Assembly: GCF_009834535.1 (NCBI RefSeq)
Contig: NC_045696.1
Coordinates: 11,658,001 to 11,722,000 of the forward strand
Length of the DNA stretch: 64,000 nt
Reading direction: 5' to 3'
Origin: Camelus ferus
Lineage: Eukaryota
This document shows positions 27,501 through 39,500 of this stretch, one piece after another (the stretch's first letter is position 1; the number at the start of each line of letters is the position of its first letter). Below the pieces are notes generated by a model that was not told the DNA's origin, ran no database searches, and saw nothing but the letters and a program-made list of their open reading frames with translations. A program made the position numbers and the translations under genes.

Positions 27501-30500
27501 CTCTAGTTACTGTGATATTTGAAACCTTAGAAGTAGGCATATTGGTTGAAACTCCCCCTTGGAGTAGATTTTTTTTAAAAATCATCCCAGAAGTCAATGC
27601 TTCTAGCCACTCTTCCTGTTCAAAAGCTTGATTGCCTTTAAAGTTGTAGAGAGTTTGCAGTAGAGTACCTCTGAGCTTCTTTAGTCTGTCTCATTGCTTC
27701 CTTGCATAAATGAAGTTATGTTTTTAAATTATAAAACCAAATTTGTGTATTCACAATTATAAACTGAGTTACAGGATTTTTAACCTGTGTGGTTAGATAT
27801 GTAACAGTTCTTTGGATAAAGATTGTACCTGTAGAAATGTTAATTGTTGTTGCATGTCATAGTTTTTCGTTGGTCAAAATTTATTGAAGATATTTTAGTT
27901 ATATATAAAGTAACTAAGATTTTTTCGTATTATTTTTGGTAGCTATTACTTAAAATCTGTTCATACAATTTTTTGAAAACCAAAGGTTCCACTTCCTCCT
28001 AATGGACAGATGCCAGGATTTGGCCTTCTTCCTACACCTCCATTTCCTCCCATGGCTCAGTCCGTGATTCCTCCAACTCCACCTGTGCAGCAGCCTTTCC
28101 AAACTTCCTTTCAGACACAAAATGAACCACTTACACAAAAGACACATCAGGTAAAACTTCATTCTCAAGATTGTTGATTATCTTTTTGGTTCCCTTGACT
28201 TCTAGCAGATACCTGCTTGTTGGCTTGTTATCTTCAGTTTTGAATATGAGGAAACACTGTTACCTTAGGTACATATTAACCCTCTCTGTGACCTAGATTT
28301 TCATTCGGAAAGTGGATGAATTAATACTACCAGTTTCCATTGGGTTCTCTGAGGATTGAGATGGAGTATGGAAAGCTTAACCAGGGCCTAATTCACTAAT
28401 TTATTTAGGTGATGGTTTATTGTAACAGTATGTAACTGACATGAAATAATTTCTAGCAGTAGACAAGTATTTCTTCTAATCTTGTAAACCATATAAGACA
28501 AAGACTTTTCCCACTTGTGACTGGTCATTGTTAAACTAGTAATACGATCTTAGGTAAGTCCCAAAGAAAACTGCTTCAGAGCAAGGGATTTGTAATTTAG
28601 CATTTTTTAGATGTTGTCCTCTTGCCTTTATTTATAATTTCTACTTTCCAGTTTAATGATGGCTTTTGGTTTTGTTTTTAAAGGAAATGGAAGTAGAGCA
28701 GCCTTGTATTCAAGAAGTGAAGCGGCACATACCTGATAACAGAAAATCAAGATCTAGATCAGCATCCAGGTAATTTAAAATGTTATTCCAAATCTGTATG
28801 TCTTAGGAGATGTAGAATTTAAAATCAAGTTGGATTATTTTTAGATGTGCAAAGTTAATAAACTAACACTTGGTATATTTGTATGTATGTGTGAAGTGGG
28901 GGCAGGAGAAGTATTAATAAAAAAAAACTAAGTCAGTCATCTTTAACCCACATTTATTCCCTTTTGAGCTGCTCTAATGCATGCTTACAGTGTTACATGG
29001 AATTATAATATTTATATATTCCAAGTTTCGTTACCAATTTACCAACCAAAAAATGGAAATATAATAAGTAATACTATTACCAGATTATGTTTTTAAAATT
29101 ACTACAGAAAAGGTTTTACTGAGCAGATAGAGAATAGTAGTCACAATATATCTCAATAACATTAAGCTTCTGCACTACAAAGATGTCATTTAGTATAGTA
29201 CAAATTTTGAAAAATGAGAGATGCAAAGTTAGCAGCCTTATTTATCTTGTTTGTAATATATGCATGCTTTCTAATTTTGAACGTATTAAAAATCTTTAAA
29301 ATGAATTCCCTACTGTCAGATTCTTACATATCCAAACATTAAATTACCTAGTTGTGTTTTTTCTTTTTCACGTTAACAAACACATGCTTACAATTTCTTT
29401 TTCTCTCCACGTGTTATCCATTCTCTCTCCTTGTGAAAATATTAGGTCACCAAAAAGGAGACGATCTCGATCTGGTTCTAGATCTCGAAGGTCTCGTCAC
29501 CGACGATCTCGATCTCGATCCAGAGATAGACGCCGACATTCTCCTCGATCTCGATCCCAAGAAAGACGAGATCGAGAAAAAGAAAGAGAACGCCGACAAA
29601 AAGGCCTTCCTCAAATCAAATCAGAAACTGCTAGTGGTAAATGAACACTTACATTCAACCTTCCTACGTTATTTTTCATGGGATGGGTGTAAAGTGTTTT
29701 ATAACTGTTAGCAAAATACTGCTTTATCGTGTTTTGTTTGTACTTTGGCATATACCCTTGGATTTGCTTCTGTACGTTAAGCCAGTTGTAAAGCAGTGAG
29801 TGAATCAAACCAACGGTAATGAGTAATAGGGTGTCTTTGATTGAATGTATGAAATATGAAGCCATTAACTAGCTTCCCTGTACTACACAGAGTAGAAAGG
29901 TGGTTTGGTCTTTATTTTCCTCAAGAATAACTAATGCCCTCTTATTTTTATAAAGATGCACAGTTTAGAGAATGTATTAACTTGCATTATCTCCTGAATT
30001 TCATCATGTATTTAGAATATGTTTAGTAAGATGGGCCAGACACATCTTATTAAACAAAATTAAGTGAAATTTTAATTTATAATATGACTGAAGCATATAT
30101 AAAACTTCTGACTCTAAGGCTTATCAGCTAGGACACAACATAAGAGAAAAATCATACACATGTGATGGTTAGATAGGGACAGCTACATATAGTGAACCAA
30201 ACACCGAATTGGTTGGTGATCAAGGAGAGTTGGAATCAAATTTTAGCTCTTCCTTTCACTTGCCAAGGGTGATTCTGAGCAAGATACTGCTTCCCTGACC
30301 CTGGTTTACATAGATGAAATCTTCAGATGTCTATAAAAGCCATTTTTTTCCCATCTCAAAGGTGTACCTTTCACTATCCTGGTTCCATTTCTGGAAGTAC
30401 TACCACAGTTTACTAGAATTTTTAAAATGTATGTGGGCTTTTCTACTTAAACTTGATGGAATCATAATGTGACTCATGCATATTTTCTGTAAAGTACAGT

Positions 30501-33500
30501 GCTGCTCATTATCAAATATGTATATTTTTATGATTATAATTTTATTTTAAGTTTGTAGTACTACACTCTGGGTGGGACAACTGGACAAAAGGACTACTCA
30601 GCAAGATGTTGCCAGTCTCTTAGAAGAGTTTGGGCCAATTGAATCAATTAATGTGAGTGTTAAATTATTTAATGACAGTAGATTGATGTGATTAATCTTA
30701 TTTTATGAAATCAAGGACTTGAGACCTAAGTTAAAATTTGCCCAGATTTGTAGAAGATACAACTAGAGTTTAGGTATTATGATTTCATGTTTAGCATTCT
30801 CTGCATTTAACCACATTTCTTGGATAACCAAGTTTAATTTAAAACCTTTTTCTAAAGAAACCTTTATATAACAAAGCTTGGGGGACCGTAGGTTTGTTGA
30901 TAACTGGCAGTTGAGACTGAACTGGAACTGCCAGTTACAAATTCATTTAATCTCAGATTATAGAACACTGGCTAGAGGGTGCAGGGGGTTGGAGTTAGAG
31001 TTGTTAACTGATCAATTACTATTATATCTTGTTGCTCTTTGATTTCTTTATCATATTTTATAATATTAAAATCTTTTGGAGCAGATGATTCCTCCCAGAG
31101 GTTGTGCCTATATTGTTATGGTTCATAGGCAAGATGCTTATCGTGCCCTGCAGAAACTGAGCCGAGGAAACTATAAAGTGAACCAGAAATCCATAAAGGT
31201 ACTATTTTATATTGTATAATTCATTTCTTTAAAAGTTTAATACATAATACTACACAACTTTTTAAAAACCAGTTTTAGACACCAGAGTGTTATTACATAC
31301 GCATCTTCTTTTAAAGAGGTTATCTCTTAAGAGTTAACAAAATTTTAAGTCCTACATGCATGGTAGAATTTTGTGGGATTTTTTTTTCAAGATGGATAGA
31401 TTCATCAGGGTATTTAATTGGTGCTTCAAATATAATGTCAAATTTTGTAAAATATTGTATCTTGTCATTCAAAAAATTGTGATTTTTTTACATTTTAATT
31501 TTGAAGTTTGCCATCTCATCTTAGAATTTACTATGAAAAATACTTACTGAAGATAGAGGAAAAGATGTAGGTACATGAGTATTTCCCCCCCCAAAGGGGC
31601 CAGAGTCAGTGTTTCCTCAATGTCACAATACCCTGTTATACCCTTAGATTGCACTGCAAAGGACTTTATCTCATGTTGAGTAATCCTGAGGTACCTGAGA
31701 CTTAAAAGTGTTCCTCACTTTTCTATTCTTAGTTGTATGGGGAACTTCACCCTGTCTCTGGTAACTTTTTCCTTTTCTCTTAAGTTTTATGCTGCCCGAG
31801 TTAGGGGGTGGTGAGTTGGTAAGGACATGATTACCAGTCAAATTTACATCCTAGGACAAAGTGGGATAAAGGGGTAACCAGTTTCCTAGTGCCAAATATA
31901 CCTTTGAGTGAGATCCAGGGATAACCAGGCCAGGTTTCTGCCTTGTTGACCAAGTCTTGGTGATTAGGATGGTGGGAAACAGTTAACGCTCAAAATTTTT
32001 GACGTTTTTCTCCCTTATCTTTTTATATTTTAACTAATGGTGAAATAGATTGCCTGGGCCTTAAACAAAGGAATAAAGGCAGATTATAAGCAGTATTGGG
32101 ATGTAGAACTTGGTGTTACTTATATTCCATGGGACAAAGTCAAGCCTGAAGAACTGGAGAGTTTTTGTGAAGGAGGAATGTTGGACAGTGATACACTTAA
32201 TCCAGGTAAAGCAGTATTTAATTTTTTAAAAAATTTATCTATTTTCTTGGTAGTGCTATGACAAATGTTCTCTGCATTAGGAGTCGATTTTTGAGATAAT
32301 TTCAAATACTATGTGGGTGCCTGTCTCTCCATTATAAACTGAAGAAACAACAGTGAATAAGACAATTGTGGTCCTTGCCCTCGTGCAACTTATATTTAGT
32401 GGGAGAGATGCAGACACAACAAATGAAATAATTACTGATTGTGGGGTTAATTATTAATTATGGTATTAAGTAGATCTTAAGTAGGATTTTTCACTGTGAA
32501 AACCTAACAGATCAAGTGAGTCTTAAACTGAACATTGTTGTAGTAAAAATCTACTGCTTCATAATAATTTCTTTGAAAAATGTTTAAATGTTCACAGAGG
32601 CTATCAAAAGTAAATGTGTAAGACGAGGAGGTGCAATTATTTGTAGCCTGAATATTAAATGCTGGATGGACAGTGGGATTGGGGAAAAGGGCATTGGGAA
32701 AATTTGCAGCTTATGGGGGCATGACCTGAAGACTGATACATAGCAGGACAAAGAGGAGCACCGGATGGCATGGCAAAATAGAGTAAATGTTCGAGGGAAG
32801 CTTCAGACAGGAGTGATGGTTTGAGAGCCAAAGGGTGGTGAAACAGTGCTGGACTATTCTCATATCCATCCCCCTTCCCTACACGGTGCGTGTTGCCTTC
32901 ACTTAAGGTTGCCTTTCAATTAAGGCAAACAGGTATCTAGGGTCTACTATGTACCAGGTGTTCTGAGAGGTTCTGGTCCAAGGTAAGAAGAATCCTGCTT
33001 CCTTCCCAGGATCTTTAATCCAAACAGTACACTGTTGTGGTTAAGAACATAGACGTTAGAGCCAGATATGTCGGGGTTGAGTCCCGTCTCTGCCAGCTTA
33101 CTAGATATGTGACTTTGGACAAATTGTCTTTGTTTACCTCATTTATAAAATGAGGATAATAATAGGACCTACTTATAGATGGATGCCTGTGAGAATTAAA
33201 TGAAGGTATATGTAATATATATAATGCTTAGAACTGTGCCTGGCACATAGTAAGCATTCTTTTTGCATGTTTGCTGTTGTTATTCATTAATTTAAATAAT
33301 TTATATAAAATTAGCATAGGCATTTAATAATCATACTGCTGTCTGATTTTAATATCAGCATTTAAAAAATTACTTTAAAGTTTAAAGTTTGTACTGAAAG
33401 TTAAAAGAGTTTAAAGTTACAAACTAAAAGTGTAAGCTTTTGTTACATTTCTCTAACTCTCATAGATTGGAAGGGAATTCCCAAGAAGCATGAAAATGAA

Positions 33501-36500
33501 GTTGCTCAAAATGGAGGGGCAGAAACCTCACACACAGAACCAGTATCACCCATCCCTAAGCCTTTACCTGTGCCTGTCCCTCCCATTCCTGTTCCTGCAC
33601 CTATAACAGTACCACCTCCACAGGTAAGAATATTTGGGGCATTATTTAATCTTTTAAATGTGTGGAACATACCTTTCTAATCGTACTGTAGATGTGTGTC
33701 TAGATTCATAGTCAAAGACGAGTATGTAAATGAGCATATTACTTTTTTGTGTGTTGGCGTATTATTTATAAACTCTTAAAAACCAGAATAAGTTCATATT
33801 GCCTTATATCTGTCTGGATTATTCCATGTTTTACCACATAAGCTTTTTGACTTGAGGTGTGACTTTTCTGTTACATAACAAGAGCTAAGTAAGTAACATT
33901 TTGGTAAAAATTATGAATACTTGACCCATACGTCTATGCGTGATCCACTAGATTTTTCTTTTCTTTCAATACCTTCCTTCCTCAGTTTCTCACCATAAAA
34001 TTGAATCAGATAAATCTGAGTTGTCACCAGAGTAGGTGGCCTAGCTTCTTGATTTTCTCAATGTAAGAAAATTACATGCTTTGATACCTAATTTAGCTGT
34101 GGTATTTTATAAATGGATTCCCCAAATCGGCACTCTTCAGTTGACCTTTTGAATATGCTGTTCCAGATACGGAAGGATATGCCTTCTAGATAAGATTCAG
34201 TGTTATGTCATGACTCATTTAAAGAAACTTGACTAATCTATAAAAGTTGATCATACTTTTTTTAAAACATAATACCTGACATATGTTGGGTGTTTATTAA
34301 GTGCCAGGCAGTAGCACTTAACATTTATTTACTCTTTAATCTCCCTAATTATGTCAGGTTGGCAGTTTTCCATTTTATAAATGAGTAAACTGAGATCGTA
34401 ATGTAAGTAGCTTGCTCAGTGTCACAAACTGCTTAAAAGGGGGGGCCAGGCAGTTTGACCCTAGGACCTGTGATCTTAATCCTGTGCAAATTACCAGGTA
34501 GCTTTTCTTAGTGTTAATTTCTCAAAATTACTGTCCTGACCATAAGACATTTTTAAACATTATATTCTAGCAGAATACCAGTATAGGTGCTAGTGAAATA
34601 TAGTGTGAATTTGCTGTCATAAAGTAGAGAGCAAATAAATAAGTGATTTCTATTATTTAAAAATGTTTCTATAAGGTAAACATATATCATATAAAATGTA
34701 TGATTTCTATCACTTGGGGTAGGTACAGGTTTCCACCTATTATCTAATAAGTTTATCATATAGCAGGAACAATTTAGAGAGAACTATTTTTTCAACAAGG
34801 TATTTTCTTTGTCTCTACACAGTAAAAGGCTGGGAGGGTGGCTAGATACGTGGCTCCATTTTTCTTTCTTTCTAGGTCCCACCACATCAGCCAGGACCTC
34901 CTGTAGTTGGTACTCTCCAGCCACCTACTTTCACACCTCCTTTGGGAATTCCGCCTCCCGGCTTTGGTCCTGGTGTTCCTCCTCCTCCACCTCCTCCACC
35001 GTTTTTGCGCCCAGGATTCAACCCAATGCATTTACCACCAGGTACACTGAATTATGTGAGAAGACATTCTTTTTTTAGAGCCTGAAATAAAATGACACAG
35101 CTTGAATTGACATTTTTTTTTCTTATTCTAGGTTTTCTTCCTCCTGGACCCCCACCTCCTATAACTCCACCAGTATCCATTCCTCCTCCTCACACTCCAC
35201 CAATAAGCATCCCAAACTGTAAGCATGTTTTTCCTTTGTGTTCACTTGTCCTCTTGGAGCTGGGAGTAGGAGGGAGAATGGACCAGTAATAGGATCTGTA
35301 GTATGGCAAAAGAATGTTGACCGGGGAGATAATTAATTATTCAGCTTCACATGTTGATGTAATTATATTCCTTAGCTACTATCGCTGGTATAAATGAAGA
35401 CACTACAAAAGACTTATCTATTGGAAATCCCATTCCAACAGTGGTGTCTGGGGCTAGAGGAAATGCCGAGTCTGGTGACAGTGTGAAAATGTATGGCTCT
35501 GCTGTGCCACCTGCTGCACCCACGAATCTGCCCACCCCTCCTGTAACCCAGCCTGTTTCACTTCTTGGTAAGTTAACTTTTTTATCATTACTTTTCTTTC
35601 CCCTGCCCAAGTTTGTTTTTTTAATAAACAATGCTAATGTTGGTAAAATATTCTCTGAGGCTAATATTTTTCTTTGAAGATTTTCTTCTTAAATATATGC
35701 ACTTGGTTTTTACCAAGAATACCCTCCCTCAAGAGACCGCCTCAAAAATCAAATCATGTTTATTTGTCTTGAATTAAAGTTTGGATTTGCACATCTTAAT
35801 TTGGTATAGAAAAGTGATGAAGCTAATCTCTGTAAAAAAGGAACTGGTACAAAGTTCATGATTGACATAACCCCAGACATCCCAGCTTAATAAGAGATAG
35901 CATTTCTTTGACAACATAGATTTTTTTTTCCTGTCTGGATTAATTTTTATAATATTTAAATTCCCTGGACTTTGGTAGCTTTCTCTCTGGGTTAGTAAAG
36001 AAATCATCTTTGATACATTGCAATAAAATGGCTTTGTTACCTGAGTGACAGTTGCACCGCCTAAGGTGTGCATTTCCACTGACCCCTCAGTTTTCTCCTG
36101 CAAGAGTTCATCTGTTGTATTCTTTACCTGCAACTTTACTACTGCGATCAAGGGAAGCATGATTTAGATTGTTTACATCTTTAAGAGGCCTTACCCTTAT
36201 TTGCTTGAATTCTAAATGAATATGTCATATACTTGTTATAGTGACCAACCTTTCAATAATAAATTGTTGTATTTGAAGTGGAATTGCCAAGTGTAATTAG
36301 CACTTGATTCTCCTAATGAATAGTTAATTCGTCCTTAGTATTTAAATGTTCTAGTCCTGTGTGCCCATTGTATTTTTCGGAGGTATATGTGTGTGTGTGC
36401 AAATGTTTGCTTTCATAATCTTTGATTTTTTTGGAAAGAGCACATTAGGTTACCTTTGCGATACAGAACTGTGGGACATTGGTTTGTGATGTAGGACTTT

Positions 36501-39500
36501 TACTTTTCACCTACAGCATTCGGCACTGTTGGAAATTTTCACTTTGTTCCATGTACGACATTTATAATAAAAATCAATTTGTTTTTAAATGGCATGCTGT
36601 CTTCTGCCCGCTCCAAGACTGAGTTTAGGCTAATAATAAATTTGATTTTTATTTCCTTTAGTATGTGGACTGGGTAATGGTAAAAGGATTTAGGGTTAAA
36701 ATTTTTCGCAGGTAATGTAGCAGTAGTCTCAATGATGGAAAATGGTTTGTTTAATGAGGAAGTTGCTCAAGAGGTCTATGCCATAATGGAAATCATAGTA
36801 GAAGGAAAATTGGAGTAGGATCCAGGAAACCTGAACATCTTTGGAGATCAGTTTTGTTATGCTCCCCCCCCCCCCATATTTGTAGAAAGATGGTTATACA
36901 AGAATCATAGAATCTAAGTTGGGTAGAATTTTCTGATCCACCCCTTTCCTCCACCCAACACCCACCCTTGATAATGAATTCTCTTTGAAATAAAATTTCC
37001 TGGTCTAGTGTCCTTAGATACTAGGCCACCTGAGACTGTTAACAAAATTGCATGCTTTGGGCTTTTTTTTCTGAGCTTAGTTAGCTCATTGAGTGAGTGA
37101 AGAGATTTCATCATCACCAGGAGTCTAATAACCACTACTTTCAAACAACTTTGAAGAATAAATAAACTGCCTCTGATTTAACATTTAAGTCTTGGAGACT
37201 CTGCCCTTTATGTCTTACCACGAGTGAAATATATATAAAGTCTCAGCCAACATGTGAAACAAAACAAATCAAAAGTTGATAAGCTTAAAAAATCAGCTTA
37301 GTAATAAGCTGAGCGCTGCTAGAAAAATAATTAAATTTTTGACATTTATCATTACCCAACATACCTGTTTGGATGTCCGGCTCCTCCCATCCCCCAGAAT
37401 GGACGCTCCATGAGAGAGGAACATCTGTTACGTGAGTAAGTGGATAGGTAGGTGGATGGTTCTCAGTGTAGGGCTGTTTTACTTCTACCTCTGGTGATGA
37501 TCTTGGTCTGTAACTTTTTAAACAAAATTTAGAAATTGAAGAATGTTCCAAATATGGAATGGTTAGAATATGACATAACATAAAAATGAAACTGTTTTAT
37601 TAAAGTAAACACTTTTAGCTAAAATGCAGTAGTTTAGTTCCAATCATGAGAAAGAAGCTTTCCCTGTTCCTTCAGTTGGAAATCTTGAAAAGAATATCCC
37701 ATGAATTTTGACTTTTTATTGAAATGAGACTTTTTAAATGTGTATCCAAATGAAGAATATTTATCCAAAGGATTAATGACAATTCCATCATACTGATCAA
37801 GGAATATAGTAATCACAGGCAGTGTTGCAGCACTGCAGAACTAGTAATCAGGGCTGGGCATTGTTGACGTTAACCAAGTCATGGAAAATTAGAACTAAGA
37901 TGCTTTCAAGTTTTGTCTTGGTGCTCTAATGTTTTCTCTTATGATAATAAAAAAGCAGTGTTATACTATGCCAGAAAACTTTAAGCCTAGAAGGTGACAC
38001 TAAACTTCAGTTTTTCAACTGTGGGAAAAGAAATAAAAATGCCACGCCGGGGTGTTGTAATGATTCAGTGAGCTAACATATATAAAACAACTAACATGGG
38101 GCCTGCCACAGGGTAAGCGCTCAGGTAATGGTGGGTGCAATATTACAGGTAAGGAATATCCTAGGTGATATTTAGAATACCTAGAGAAGAATATACTTTG
38201 AAACTTTGAAATATTACTTTATCTCTGATTTATTTTAAACTGTTCTAATTATTGGCAGACAAAGGGTACAGTCTTTTCAGGAAAGTATGTGTCTTGGCAT
38301 AGTCACCTCAGATATTTTCATGGCTTATTAGACCAGATCATAAATCCACACATATTAAAGTTCCATCAGTTGGCTTGCTGAGAAAATGTGTGTTAGTCAT
38401 AGTGGCATTTCATTTAAATAGCACACTCTAATATCTGTGTTATTCCCATTAATGATACTCAAATCATTTTCTTACAGTGGAAGGTAAATGTATCCTTGAG
38501 ACTTAACTGAGTGTTTGGATCTTAATTTCTGAAATGTGGCAATAATATTTTTAAAGTAGAGGGGCCAAAGTTTCAACAGATCTTCGAAAGTTCTGTAGTG
38601 AGTCCTGGTTATGAAGGAGGCAGTGGGGTGCTTTAAGATTGGTTTGGCTTAAATAATTTTCTCTTAGTTTGGGAGGGATGAGTATGTATTTCTGGAGCTG
38701 AGCTGAGGGTAGCCCACAGTACCAAGTTTGTAGAGACTTAAGCCTCTGGTCTTTCATAGATTTTTATTGTTTTAGTAACTGATAATCTGAAAACATGAAA
38801 TTATTTGATGCACAGCAGTGATTCATTATCACTTGATTTTAAAGGAATCTGTTCTTAGTACCTCACACTCCAAGATAGCTAGTTAGAGCATTGGTGGTTT
38901 CATAAAAGCTAGAGGACACAGTTACAGTTGTTGATCATTTAGGAGAAAAGGAATATTAAAGATGATAGCAATTCAGTGCATTCTCTTTACTGTATAAGTG
39001 TATGTGTTTACTTTTCCAAACTTTTTGTATAACATGTATTTATTAATATGTACAGCATATTTTTTTTAAAGTTCATTGTAAATGTGAAATTTGGGTTATT
39101 TTGGTGTTCCAAACAATAAAAAAATACACAAAAAAGTTTGTTTGTGTTACATATCTCTATTGTGTTACCAGCATATCCAGGATATCTTTTCAAGGAAAAA
39201 TTAAGCTAAGTTGGACTCATTCCTCTTGTGGAAAATTAAAGTCTCTTCTCTTGCCAGATACATTTATTCATTATAATTATTAAAATACAGACATTTTATC
39301 ACACTGCTGTAAGGTGGTGGTGAAATTTATAAATAAGAATTGGCTATGTGTAAGATTGCTTCTTACTGATAATTTTTGTTACCAAAGATTTAAAGTAAAA
39401 GTCATGAATTGGTGGCCTCCAGGCTGAATTGCTAGAGAGTGGGATGTACTTCATGCTTGATTTCCACACATCGTTGCCTGGCCTCAGTAGGCATTTGAGT

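Noticed and set aside
38488..38498. GTATCCTT resembling a U12 donor
   Set aside because: No associated exon or U12 branch point; all traced SCAF4 introns are GT-AG
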